Positions 28,271 through 38,183 of a stretch of 64,000 bases of DNA are shown one piece after another; the stretch's first letter is position 1; each line of letters opens with the position of its first letter. The DNA comes from an uncultured Thermoprotei archaeon. Lineage in GTDB: Archaea > Thermoproteota > Thermoprotei > Thermofilales > B15-G2. A program made the position numbers and the translations under genes. Location: positions 128,001 through 192,000 of the forward strand of contig CBDUKN010000001.1 in the NCBI GenBank assembly GCA_965367815.1. Direction: 5' to 3'. The notes beneath the pieces are model-generated. The model saw nothing but the letters and a program-made list of their open reading frames with translations, was not told the DNA's origin and made no database searches.

Positions 28271-29557
28271 TTAACTTAAAATAGCTTCATGTACTTTTTC
28301 TAAAGGTACTGTTACTTGCTTTTTCTCCTTTAAATCTTTTATTGATATTTCTCTAGAGGATACTTCTTTTTCTCCTATTATGGCTAAGTAGCGGTATCCT
28401 GTTTTAACTGCGTACTTAATAGCGTCTCTTATACTCCTGCTAGTGTAGTCTAGTGAAGCCGAGAGACCTTTTTCCCTTAAAATGTATGCTGCTTTAACTG
28501 CTTCCTTGAAGTACTTGCCGAAGAAGAACACTAGAACTTTATTTTCTTCTTGAATCCATGGAGTTTTACCGTATTCTTTAAGTAAGAGAGCTATTCTATC
28601 GACTCCTAATGCAAATCCTGTTGCAGGAAGCCCTGGCTCTCTATACAATCCTATTAGTTCATCATAGCGTCCTCCTCCACCTATTGACAACCTGTTCCAT
28701 TTTTCTCCTTTCCCACCATAGGTCTCGAAAACTAAGCCTGTATAGTATTCTAGTCCCCTGACTATCGAGCAGTCTAGTTTAAACAAATCTAGTACTCCAT
28801 AGCTGTCCAGGAGCTCTACTAGTTTTTTGAAAAATTCACTTAACTCTGAATCTACATCCTTTACGAAGTCAATCGAATCTCTTAGAGGAATTAGAGTTGA
28901 GGAAAAGTCGGCTATTTTTATGCAAGTATCTTTCGGCAGGCCTAGTCTACTCAAACCGCTTAAAAATTCTTCTTCACTTATCTTCTTCCTCTTATCGATT
29001 AATCTGCAGACTTCTCCAAAAATAGTTTTGGGAACACCCATCTTACCTAAAGCTTTTTCGACAAGTCTCCTGTCGCAGATAAGTATCCTGAGGTCAGGTA
29101 CATCTACTTTCTTCAAGCACTCTGCCGCTAGCGCCAGTACTTCTACGTCAGCCTCTACATTCTTTAACCCCACTAGCTCTACGCCGAATTGCCAGAATTC
29201 TCTCCAGCGCCCAGCTTGAGGCTCGTCGTATCTCCAAGCACGGCCAAAATAACACCACTTAATTGGCTTAGGTAGCTCAGGGCGAGCTGCAATAGCTCGG
29301 GCTAGAGGAACAGTGTAGTCGAAGCGTATGCCCAGCTCGCGTCCCGCTTTATCTTTAAACCAGTAAATTTCATCTACTACGCTGGGCCCGGCTTTCTTTT
29401 TAAGTATCTCTAAGTGCTCTAATATAGGTGCTTCTACAGGAGAATATCCCCAGAGAACAGCTATTTCAGTAAATTTTTCTCCAAGCCACTTTAGTGCTTT
29501 CCACTCTTCTGGCAAGTAGTCTCTAAATCCGCGAGGAGGCTGTAGCAGAGTGAATAT
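28271..29557 (-). CDS. hisS: Histidine--tRNA ligase (start extended upstream of the ORF-track TTG)
   Basis: LQPPRGFRDYLP N-terminal motif upstream of 29515; RFDYT, RYDEPQAGRWREFWQ, RGLEYYTG, GGGRYD. Confidence 0.95.
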   Translation of the reverse strand: MFTLLQPPRGFRDYLPEEWKALKWLGEKFTEIAVLWGYSPVEAPILEHLEILKKKAGPSVVDEIYWFKDKAGRELGIRFDYTVPLARAIAARPELPKPIKWCYFGRAWRYDEPQAGRWREFWQFGVELVGLKNVEADVEVLALAAECLKKVDVPDLRILICDRRLVEKALGKMGVPKTIFGEVCRLIDKRKKISEEEFLSGLSRLGLPKDTCIKIADFSSTLIPLRDSIDFVKDVDSELSEFFKKLVELLDSYGVLDLFKLDCSIVRGLEYYTGLVFETYGGKGEKWNRLSIGGGGRYDELIGLYREPGLPATGFALGVDRIALLLKEYGKTPWIQEENKVLVFFFGKYFKEAVKAAYILREKGLSASLDYTSRSIRDAIKYAVKTGYRYLAIIGEKEVSSREISIKDLKEKKQVTVPLEKVHEAILS

Positions 29558-29645
29558 GGATCACCTCCATTTAAAATACTGTGCGGTATATAAGCTTGTA
29601 TCTTGTTTCGGCAAGTTCTATATACTAGGTTTTAAGGAAATACTC

Positions 29646-30581
29646 GTGGAGCCGCGGGAACGCTTCATTAGGGCTCTTTTGCTCGAAGAACCTGATAAAG
29701 TGCCGATGTTCGAGTTAGAGGTACAGATAGCGGAGAAAGTTGTCGGCCGGAAACTGATTGTAGGTGAAGATTATAAGAAAATGGTGAATGAAGGCAAGGC
29801 AGACAAGGTCTTAAAACATAATGTCGAGGTGCAAGTAGAGGTTTCGAGAAAACTGGGCTATGATGCGGTCAGGCTATACGCTGTACCTGACTTAGTTGAA
29901 GCAATTCGGCTTGCTAAAAAACTAGCTCCTGAGCTAGCAGTAATCGGGTCTGCTGACGGCACTATGAGTGTTCCCGGAAGTTACGCTGATTTCGCTAAGC
30001 TCATCCGGAGAATGAGGAAAGAGAGAGCTCAGCTCAAGAAAGAGCTCGAAGACTCTACTAGAAAAAACATCGAGTCCGCTAAAGCACAGATAGACGCGGG
30101 AGCAGACGCAATAGTAGGCTGCAGCGACTACTGTACTAACTCAGGGCCGTTTCTTAATCCAAAAGACTTTGAGGAGCTTATTGCATACTACTTAAAACAG
30201 CTTGTAGACGCGATTCACAGAAAAGGAGGACTATATATTAAGCATACAGACGGCAACTTGTGGCCAGTAATAGATATTCTTGTCTCAACGGGTATCGATG
30301 CACTCCACTCAATAGACCCTACGGCCGGCATGGACTTAGGTGAAGTTAAAGAGAAGTACGGTGACAGGCTCTGCTTATGCGGCAACATAGATATAGGCTT
30401 AATGCATAGGGGAACACCACAAGAAGTGTATAGAGCGTCAGTTGAGTGTATAAGAAAGGCGGCTTACGGAGGAGGATATATTCTCTGCACAAGCAATGTT
30501 GTTGAAATAAATCATCCGCTAGAGAATGTCCTAGCGATGTTTAAAGCGAGAGACAAATATGGAAGATATCCTCTAGTCTAA
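29646..30581 (+). CDS. Uroporphyrinogen decarboxylase / MtaA-CmuA superfamily protein
   Basis: MEPRERFIRAL start (GTG 29646), KHTDGN, LCGNID, GGYILCTSN. Confidence 0.8.
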   Translation: MEPRERFIRALLLEEPDKVPMFELEVQIAEKVVGRKLIVGEDYKKMVNEGKADKVLKHNVEVQVEVSRKLGYDAVRLYAVPDLVEAIRLAKKLAPELAVIGSADGTMSVPGSYADFAKLIRRMRKERAQLKKELEDSTRKNIESAKAQIDAGADAIVGCSDYCTNSGPFLNPKDFEELIAYYLKQLVDAIHRKGGLYIKHTDGNLWPVIDILVSTGIDALHSIDPTAGMDLGEVKEKYGDRLCLCGNIDIGLMHRGTPQEVYRASVECIRKAAYGGGYILCTSNVVEINHPLENVLAMFKARDKYGRYPLV

Positions 30582-31678
30582 AACCTCTTCAAGCCTACAA
30601 TTAAGTTGTGTAGTTTGGGTCTAAAGCGCACTATTTTCTTATTCTCTCTCGAGGGATGAACTCTGTTCGTAAGAAACACTACGAAGAGATCTAGCTCGGG
30701 GTCTATCCACAGGGATGTTCCAGTAAAACCAGTGTGACCATAAGCGAGGTCCGAAAATAGGTCTCCACAAGAAGCACCTTTATCTTTCAGCTGCCAGCCA
30801 AGACCTCTTCTAGCACTAAGTCCCTCTGTGTGACATTTAGTCATTTCTTCTACACTTCTCTTAGATAATACTCTCACTTCATTAAGTGTACCTTTATTCA
30901 ACATCATTTGGGCGAAAATAGATAAGTCGAGCGCCGTCGAGAAAAGCCCGGCGTGCCCTGCTACACCGCCCATAGCGTAAGAGTTTTCATCGTGTACTTC
31001 GCCCCAAATAAGCTTTTTCCTCCACTTACATATCTCAGTAGCCGCTACTCTGTCTCTAAGTTCTCTAGGAGGATTAAACATAGTGTCTTTCATACCCAAA
31101 GGAGCGAATATATTGGCTTCTGTAAACTCTGAAAGCCTTTGTCCAGCGAGCTCTTCAACAATGTATCCTAGTAAAATAAAGCCTATATCGCTGTAAACAA
31201 CGCGAGTTCCCGGCTCGTAGGTTAGGAAAACGCCTGTACATATTTCATCAATTATTTCTTCCACTGAGCTACACCTGTAGTAGAATGGTTCATGCGGAGG
31301 AAAGCCTGCTGTATGAGTTAATAAGTGTCTTATAGTTACTTTATCTTTGAAGGGACCTTTAAACGAAGGTAAGTAATCCTGAACTTTATCGTCTAAAGCT
31401 AAGAGACCTCTCTCGATCAGAATCATAATGCTAGTGGCTGTAGCTATAGGCTTAGTTAAACTCGCTAAATCAAAAATAGTGTTTTCTTTCATTGGTTTCT
31501 TTTCTTCAACTATAACAGAGTAGCCGTAAGCCTTAATGTAGCCTACTCCTTTACTGCATCCAAGAGCAATAACAGCGCCTGGATAAACATCTCCTACACC
31601 CTTTTTAATGAATTCGTCGAGTTCACTTAGCCTGTTTAGATAATATCCCATTTCAGCTAAAATTTCCTTATTAATCAT
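30578..31678 (-). CDS. Serine hydrolase, beta-lactamase class C-like family
   Basis: FDLASLTK (SxxK), LLTHTAG, YSD, GHAGLFS, GHTGFTG. Confidence 0.9.
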   Translation of the reverse strand: MINKEILAEMGYYLNRLSELDEFIKKGVGDVYPGAVIALGCSKGVGYIKAYGYSVIVEEKKPMKENTIFDLASLTKPIATATSIMILIERGLLALDDKVQDYLPSFKGPFKDKVTIRHLLTHTAGFPPHEPFYYRCSSVEEIIDEICTGVFLTYEPGTRVVYSDIGFILLGYIVEELAGQRLSEFTEANIFAPLGMKDTMFNPPRELRDRVAATEICKWRKKLIWGEVHDENSYAMGGVAGHAGLFSTALDLSIFAQMMLNKGTLNEVRVLSKRSVEEMTKCHTEGLSARRGLGWQLKDKGASCGDLFSDLAYGHTGFTGTSLWIDPELDLFVVFLTNRVHPSRENKKIVRFRPKLHNLIVGLKRF

Positions 31679-31735
31679 GTTTTACTGAAGTAAGTGACTG
31701 CCTAAAGTATTAAAAGCTTTTATCAAAGGAAAACT

Positions 31736-32404
31736 GTGCTAGGAACCTTACTGAATGCAGCTGGAGTAGCATTAGGAGCATCTATAGGGCTTCTTCTACG
31801 TAGAGGTATTCCCAAGGAGCTCGAAGAGAAGATATTCGATGCAGTAGGCCTCTTTACAGTAGCCTTAGGCATAGTAATGTCATGTTCTATTGAAAGACCT
31901 GTAGCAACAGTCTTGGGACTACTAGCTGGAAGTATTTTGGGAAGCTTTCTCAAAATAGAAGAAAACTTAAGCAAAATCGGAAGCATTATAAAGAAAGAAG
32001 ATACAGGAGCATTTACTCAAGGACTACTTACAGCATTCATGACATACTGCGTAGGCCCTATGACTATAATAGGGTCTATTGAAGACGGTTTAGGGGACCC
32101 TTCGATAATATTAGCTAAAGCAGTAATGGATACTACAGTCTCGATAGCATATGCTGCAGCTATGGGCTATGGAGTACTCTTCAGCTCTATACTACTACTG
32201 GCTTTCCAAGGATCACTAGCTTTAGCGGCATCATTCTTAAAACCATATTTAAGTACAGCTACGCTACACGATATAACAGGAGTAGGCGGAATTCTGCTAA
32301 TAGGGCTTGCACTTAATTTACTTAAAGTAAGGAAAATAAAAGTGGGAGACATGCTCCCATCCCTAATTACTGTACCGCTTTTATCAGCTATCATAAAAAC
32401 GTAG
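31736..32404 (+). CDS. DUF554-family membrane protein
   Basis: MLGTLLN...CVGPMTIIGSIEDG...KAVMD. Confidence 0.88.
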   Translation: MLGTLLNAAGVALGASIGLLLRRGIPKELEEKIFDAVGLFTVALGIVMSCSIERPVATVLGLLAGSILGSFLKIEENLSKIGSIIKKEDTGAFTQGLLTAFMTYCVGPMTIIGSIEDGLGDPSIILAKAVMDTTVSIAYAAAMGYGVLFSSILLLAFQGSLALAASFLKPYLSTATLHDITGVGGILLIGLALNLLKVRKIKVGDMLPSLITVPLLSAIIKT

Positions 32405-32435
32405 ACCTTATATCGAGCTCAAAGCCAAACTACAT

Positions 32436-32951
32436 GTGATCATAGAGTTCGATGGAAAGAGACCTAGAATAGGAAGAGAGTGCTTCATAGCAGAGTCAGC
32501 TCAAATAATAGGAGATGTAGTAGTAGGAGACAAAACTATTGTACTATTTAATGCAGTTATAAGAGGAGATCTAAATAAAATAATTATAGGAGAAAAGTGT
32601 TCAATTCAAGATAATGTAGTAATTCACGCGACACTTGAGCATGAAACAGCAATAGGAAATGAGGTTGCAATAACTCATGGATGTGTTCTCGAGGGATGCG
32701 AAATAGGCGATAGAACTTTACTCGGCATGGGTGCTGTAATATTAGATGGAGCAAAAATAGGTAAAAACTGTATAATTGGAGCTGGTGCAGTAGTACTCAA
32801 TAACACTGTAATACCCGACAATAGCATTGCTGTGGGAGTACCAGCTAAAGTAGTGAAAAAAGTCTCTGAAGAACACTTAAATTACATTGAGCGAGTTATA
32901 AGCGAGTACCAGAAGCTGAGAGAAAAATATCTAAAAATTCTATCAAAATAA
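32436..32951 (+). CDS. Gamma-carbonic anhydrase-family hexapeptide-repeat protein
   Basis: IIGDV, VIRGD, IQDNVVIH, GVPAKVV. Confidence 0.9.
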   Translation: MIIEFDGKRPRIGRECFIAESAQIIGDVVVGDKTIVLFNAVIRGDLNKIIIGEKCSIQDNVVIHATLEHETAIGNEVAITHGCVLEGCEIGDRTLLGMGAVILDGAKIGKNCIIGAGAVVLNNTVIPDNSIAVGVPAKVVKKVSEEHLNYIERVISEYQKLREKYLKILSK

Positions 32952-33116
32952 TATTGCGAAAATATTTCTCTCTAGATTTAGTTATTTTAAATAAATGTCA
33001 AAGAAATCTAAAAATAAGGGAAAATACGTTAAATTAGCTAGAAAAAATTACTCGTGCAAGGACAGGTGACCTACACTATATTAGAAAGGAATAAATTTTC
33101 TGGAAAATATCTTACT

Positions 33117-33168
33117 TGATGATGAGAAACCCTCGGCAGATTAATGATGAGGGTCTGGAGCTCTGAGA
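33117..33168 (+). ncRNA. Box C/D methylation-guide sRNA
   Basis: ATGATGA (C, 33119-25) - GAAACCCTCGG - CAGA (D') - ATGATGA (C', 33144-50) - GGGTCTGGAGCT - CTGA (D, 33163-66), in AT-rich intergenic DNA. Confidence 0.88.
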
Positions 33169-33368
33169 TGTGTTATGTTCATTAATATAGTATTTTTATG
33201 AGCGGGGGTCAACTCTGTGCACATGGCGATGTTTGTATTTATAATATGTTACTACAATGCCTATGTCTGGCTAAAAACTATATTATATTTATGTTTTTAT
33301 ACAGATAGCTCATACATTATTGCTGAAAAGGTTTTAAATGTAGGGAGTATAATTTAGCGGAAGCTCAT

Positions 33369-34019
33369 ATGGTTAGCCACTATGAGCTGAAGCAGAAGTT
33401 CCTCAATCACCCTTACATACGAAGGCTATACGAAGAAGTGTACAATAAGTATTTAAAAAATGCTTCTGATTTAAATAAGCTGGAAGAAATTGCTGAAAAA
33501 TTTTATAACAAGGAAGGGGAGCTTCTACATAAGATCAAAGTAGAATTACAGAACGGAGTAGGATTAAAGAAATACATCGACTTACTGAGAGACTTTGCTT
33601 TAGCACTAGTGTTAAGAGATTACCTGGGGTGCTTTAAGGAAGTACATGAAGGAAAAAGCGGTATACTCTACTTAGCTGAGAAGCAGTTTGTGGCTAAAAT
33701 GAGGGAACTTAGGTTAGATTATGATGAGATTTTCGATATAATCAAGTACGCTATGCACCCATGTTTACCTTATGAAATGGGTATTGAGAAAAATTGTCAC
33801 TTGGAGAAAATGCTAGAGCTCTTCGATGAAAAGAGAAAAAAGGCCATAGAGAACTGTGTTAAATGTTTGCAGAAAATAGCTGTGTTGAATAGTATGGATG
33901 AAACTAGGGAAAAAGAAATAAGAGAAATAATTAGTATAGTTTTGCGCAAAAAACTCTACTTGCTTACAGCTTATCTTCTTCTCTATATAACTAGACCTAA
34001 AGTAGATCACGTCATATAG
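33369..34019 (+). CDS. Hypothetical protein
   Basis: 216-aa helical ORF, TATA-like TTTTAAA upstream. Confidence 0.65.
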   Translation: MVSHYELKQKFLNHPYIRRLYEEVYNKYLKNASDLNKLEEIAEKFYNKEGELLHKIKVELQNGVGLKKYIDLLRDFALALVLRDYLGCFKEVHEGKSGILYLAEKQFVAKMRELRLDYDEIFDIIKYAMHPCLPYEMGIEKNCHLEKMLELFDEKRKKAIENCVKCLQKIAVLNSMDETREKEIREIISIVLRKKLYLLTAYLLLYITRPKVDHVI

Positions 34020-35359
34020 TGCTTTTGAGCTCTAGCCACTAAGCTTTTAGCGTAGTTAAGTAGCTCCTGTAAATTCTTCTCATTCTTAGCCTCGACTGTT
34101 ATTCTGATTAAAGGCTGAGTATTTGAGGCTCTTATTAGGAACCAGCCTTTGTCTGTGTAAACTTTGACGCCGTCTATAGTGTCTACTTTCTTGAATTTGG
34201 CTTTAAGTTCGCTAGAAATTGCCTCAACGACCTTAAATTTAATGGAGTCTGGGCACTCTAAAGAAACTTCAGTAGAAAGGTAGGTGGGTAGTTTATCAAA
34301 GAACTTTGAAATAGGTTCTTCTAGCTTGCTGCATATTTCGAGAAGTTTTGCTGCAACTAAAATAGCGTCATCAAATAGTCTCAAACTAGGTATAGTCATA
34401 TGTCCGCTGCGCTCAAAGCCTAGTACTGCTTTGTGCTTTTTAACGGCTTCAATTATGTAGAAGTGGCCCACGGGAGTTCTGATAACTTTAAGTCCTTTTT
34501 CCGAAGCAACGTCGTCTATAATACTTGAAGTATTAACGCTGGCTACAATAGTGTCGCCAGGCTTGGTATCTAGAAAGCTTACAATGAGAGAAGCTGTCTT
34601 TTCGGGTTCAGTGTAGCGCCCTTTATCATCAATCACTACTACTCTGTCGCAGTCTCCGTCAAAAGCTAATCCCAAGTCAAAGTTACCTTTAGATACAAGC
34701 GCCATTAGTTCTTTGAGCTTACTAGGCTTAGGCTCAGGTTCTCCTAGAGGAAAAAGCCCGCTAGGCTCTCCATGTATTATTTTGTACTCGCAGCCAAGTT
34801 TTTCAAGCAGAGACTTGATGATTGTTCCCGCGGCACCATTCATGCAGTCTACTGCTACTCTTATTTTCTTTTTAACATCTACTTTAGATAAAACGAAGCT
34901 TAAGTAGTCGTTTTTTATGTCCAATATCTCATATGACCCTATTTTTCTCCAGTCGAATTTCTTGAATTTTCTTTCAATAAAGATTCTCCTTATCTTGTTA
35001 TCTAATTCTTTCGAGTACTCTCCTCCTTCTTTAAAGAACTTTAGTCCATTATACTCTGGAGGATTATGCGATGCTCCAACCATAACGCCTATTTTTGCTT
35101 TAAGTTTCTCTACTGCATAGCTTAGAACACCTATAGGAACTACACCAGTAGCCCTGACATCTACTCCGCGGGAAAGTACTCCGCTCACAAAAGCTTTTTC
35201 ACATATCTCTCCGTGAACTCTAGCGTCTCTACCTACTACTACAAAGTCTTCTGCCACTGTGCCTACAGCTTTACCGAAACTAAGGTAATCTTCTAGCGTC
35301 AATTCGTATTCTACAACTCCTCTAATATCGTAGGCTCTGAAAAATGAAGGAATCTCCAT
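34007..35359 (-). CDS. Phosphomannomutase/phosphoglucomutase
   Basis: FRAYDIRG, ASHNPPEYNG, FDGDCDR, FERSGH, IRASNTQP. Confidence 0.93.
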   Translation of the reverse strand: MEIPSFFRAYDIRGVVEYELTLEDYLSFGKAVGTVAEDFVVVGRDARVHGEICEKAFVSGVLSRGVDVRATGVVPIGVLSYAVEKLKAKIGVMVGASHNPPEYNGLKFFKEGGEYSKELDNKIRRIFIERKFKKFDWRKIGSYEILDIKNDYLSFVLSKVDVKKKIRVAVDCMNGAAGTIIKSLLEKLGCEYKIIHGEPSGLFPLGEPEPKPSKLKELMALVSKGNFDLGLAFDGDCDRVVVIDDKGRYTEPEKTASLIVSFLDTKPGDTIVASVNTSSIIDDVASEKGLKVIRTPVGHFYIIEAVKKHKAVLGFERSGHMTIPSLRLFDDAILVAAKLLEICSKLEEPISKFFDKLPTYLSTEVSLECPDSIKFKVVEAISSELKAKFKKVDTIDGVKVYTDKGWFLIRASNTQPLIRITVEAKNEKNLQELLNYAKSLVARAQKHYMT

Positions 35360-35454
35360 ATAGTAGTTACTAGCGGCAAATGTATTAACATTACTGTAGC
35401 CAGCGTCATCATTTAAACAGATAGGTTTATTTAAATTTCTATGAGTTTTACTCT

Positions 35455-37308
35455 GTGCCGAAAACTCTTTCAGAAAACTGTAGCGTGAAAGTAGAAAATA
35501 GGAAAGTTTTCTTACTAGGAGCTAACTACTGGAATAGAAAACACGATATTTTGATGTGGAGAAAATGGGACAGGGAAACAGTTAAAGATGATTTGAAGAA
35601 AGCTCGAGAAATAGGGCTTAAGGTACTAAGGGCATTTATTCTAGCTGAAGATTTTGCAGAAACAGATGGCTCACTTAAAGAGGATTCTGCAAGAAAGCTC
35701 GAAGAATTCTTGAATATTGCGCAAGAAAATGGGCTAATAATTTTCTTGACGCTTTTAGTAGGCCACATGTCTGGAAAGAACTGGGGCTTTCCATGGGACT
35801 CAGAAAACAAAGTATACGAAGTAGATGTACTAGAAAAAACAAGAAAGTTCGTAAGAGAAGTAGTAAGGCGTTTTAAGAATCATCCTGCTCTCGGCGGCTG
35901 GATTATTTCAAATGAGATAACGTTAGTAGCTAAACCTGAGAAGCCTGAACAGTTCTATAACTGGCTTAGAACACTCTACAGAGACATTAAAGAAGAGGAT
36001 TCTCACCACATTGTTTCGTTAGGAGACTCCACTACACCATTTTCTACACTGCTCACGCCGGAGAAAGTAGAGCCTTACGTAGACTATTTTTCGCCACACC
36101 TATATCTGTACGACGATAATCCTATCAGACACACGATGACTTATCTCGCCGTACTCGAGTACTGTAGAAGTCTTAAAAAGAAGCCAGTAATCTTGGAAGA
36201 GTACGGTTTTCCAACAAATCTTTATACAGAAGAGAGCCACGCTAGATTCATTGAAATAGTTCTCGTAGGAGCACTAGCCGTAGGAGCTTCAGGAGCTTTC
36301 ATATGGTGTTTCTCCGATTTTCCTGGAGAAGAAGACGAGCCTTATCTCTGGGAGCCTCATGAGCTAGCCTTTGGCTTAATTAAAGCTAATGGAGAAAACA
36401 AGAAGGCAGCTGAATCAGTTAAAAGAGTAAGTGAGCTCCTTGAAATACTCGACTTAAATCAGTACACGCTGCCTCAAAGAGATATAGAAATAGTAGTTCC
36501 TGCCGTACTCTATAGAGATTATCCTTTCGTATTTGAGAATAACTACGAGGTATTTAAGGCTCTTTCGCAGGCATATGTTTTGGCAGAACAAGCTTCTCTT
36601 CAAGCAACATTTATTAGAGAAGACGATATCGAGAGTAGCGAGAGTAAAGTAATAACCGTGCCAAGTTTACCTCGATTATTGACGAGAACCTGGAGAAAGC
36701 TACTTAAACTAGCTGAAAAGGGACGGCTAGTCTACTACTCTCATTTGAGGTATACTAATCATCCGCATGTATCTTCATGTCACATATGGGAAGAACTCTT
36801 CGGCGTACAGCCTTCACTTAAAGCAGGTATGAGGGCAGAAACTCTAGACTACTTGTACATAAGGTTCGACGACTGGGTGCTAAGAATACCTGAAGTAAAA
36901 AGAGACCTCGGTAGCACAGGTTTCGTGCCTGTAGACGCTAAGCCGATTGGATTCGCATACAGGAAGCCAGTATTCTTCGAGGCCTCGAGAGGCTCAGGAT
37001 ATACAATGCTATCGGCGCATCCAATAGAGCTTCACTTAGCTTATACGAGTATACACAATAACGCCTATAAGCTCTACGAAAAGCTAGCTTCCAAGGTAGG
37101 AGTAAAGCCATTTTACAAAGCAGACAACCCTGCAATACAGGTAAAGTACTGGCTCAAAAAAGGCGAGCCTAAAATACTATTTCTACTAAACCACTCTTAT
37201 ACACCATTGAAAACAAGGCTGACAGGCAAAATTATATGGGGGAGAGGCGAAAAAGAAGACAACTTAATAAAAATTGAGCCTAAGAGCGCTGTAGTACTAG
37301 AGCTTTAG
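35455..37308 (+). CDS. GH5-family glycoside hydrolase (beta-mannosidase/mannanase-like)
   Basis: LGANYW, GHMSGKNW, ISNEI (acid/base), LEEYG (nucleophile), IWCFSDF. Confidence 0.85.
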   Translation: MPKTLSENCSVKVENRKVFLLGANYWNRKHDILMWRKWDRETVKDDLKKAREIGLKVLRAFILAEDFAETDGSLKEDSARKLEEFLNIAQENGLIIFLTLLVGHMSGKNWGFPWDSENKVYEVDVLEKTRKFVREVVRRFKNHPALGGWIISNEITLVAKPEKPEQFYNWLRTLYRDIKEEDSHHIVSLGDSTTPFSTLLTPEKVEPYVDYFSPHLYLYDDNPIRHTMTYLAVLEYCRSLKKKPVILEEYGFPTNLYTEESHARFIEIVLVGALAVGASGAFIWCFSDFPGEEDEPYLWEPHELAFGLIKANGENKKAAESVKRVSELLEILDLNQYTLPQRDIEIVVPAVLYRDYPFVFENNYEVFKALSQAYVLAEQASLQATFIREDDIESSESKVITVPSLPRLLTRTWRKLLKLAEKGRLVYYSHLRYTNHPHVSSCHIWEELFGVQPSLKAGMRAETLDYLYIRFDDWVLRIPEVKRDLGSTGFVPVDAKPIGFAYRKPVFFEASRGSGYTMLSAHPIELHLAYTSIHNNAYKLYEKLASKVGVKPFYKADNPAIQVKYWLKKGEPKILFLLNHSYTPLKTRLTGKIIWGRGEKEDNLIKIEPKSAVVLEL

Positions 37309-37914
37309 AACACTTAGTATTTCTTTCTCAATTTTCCCCATATTTTCTTTAAGTTTTCCTTCAGCTAAATACGCTGTAAACATTTCAAATAACTTCTTGT
37401 AATCGTTCACCGTGAAGTTTGTTTTTCTAAAAACCGAATAGCCTTGAAGTTCCTCAAACTGTTTTTCAAGAGACTCAACTGTGATTAATCTACTCGGCTT
37501 CTCTTTCATTAACTCACTTGAAACTACTCTTTCAAGAAATCTCGCTAATATTTCACTTAAGGCAAGTCTTTTTTCAGGATCCTTTTCTCCGAGTATCTCG
37601 TTTAAAACCGAATGAGCTATCTCATGTATGATGACGTGAATAGAGCTATCAAAGTACTCTTTAATTATCATAAATGCTTTCTCGTCATTTACTTTAACTC
37701 CGCTTATTTTCTCTATTTTTTCACAAATGATTGGAGCGTATTTTTTGATTTCAGAAAATAGCTCGGAGAAATATTTCTCTAACTCTTTCTCTAATTTTCT
37801 CTGCACATAGAAATGGTGCTTTTCTCTGGTTTCCAGTCTGCTTTTCATTTTCTTGATTTCTTCAGCTAGTTCTTCAACTTTTTTGAGTTCTTTTTCTTCT
37901 TCTTCTAGGCTCAT
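37297..37914 (-). CDS. Hypothetical protein with HExxH zincin-like motif
   Basis: VIIHEIAHS...LSEILA; N-terminal coiled coil. Confidence 0.65.
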   Translation of the reverse strand: MSLEEEEKELKKVEELAEEIKKMKSRLETREKHHFYVQRKLEKELEKYFSELFSEIKKYAPIICEKIEKISGVKVNDEKAFMIIKEYFDSSIHVIIHEIAHSVLNEILGEKDPEKRLALSEILARFLERVVSSELMKEKPSRLITVESLEKQFEELQGYSVFRKTNFTVNDYKKLFEMFTAYLAEGKLKENMGKIEKEILSVLKL

Positions 37915-37959
37915 AGTATCAAAGTATATAGTTTTATAGAAATATATAAGTTTTTCTAT

Positions 37960-38183
37960 TTCTATAGAATTATGTAGTAAGATAGTTTTAGCTGCTGTAG
38001 AAAGAGGCCTAAGCAGGCTAAGTGCCCGTAAGATAAATGAGGAACATTTATGTCTGGAAGCCTTATGTCTTTCCCAAAGATTTCCACCGGCTTTCCTTTA
38101 TCGTCTCTAAACACTTTAGCACAGGCTTTAAGACTGAAGCAAAGGGTTTGTGGCCCCTAATTCTATAGAATTATGTAGTAAGA
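37960..38183. repeat. 23-bp perfect direct repeat pair flanking 178 bp
   Basis: TTCTATAGAATTATGTAGTAAGA at 37960-37982 and 38161-38183. Confidence 0.85.

Noticed and set aside
29550-29645. ORF-track N-terminal extension of the UroD-like gene
   Set aside because: Overlaps the hisS start and promoter region; the family-typical start is GTG 29646
30578-31678. Beta-lactam resistance gene
   Set aside because: Motifs fit the broad esterase/amidase serine-hydrolase family, and the host is archaeal
37960-38183. 23-bp repeats as a CRISPR array
   Set aside because: Only two copies, a 178-bp interval, no GAAA(G/C) end and no cas genes in the window
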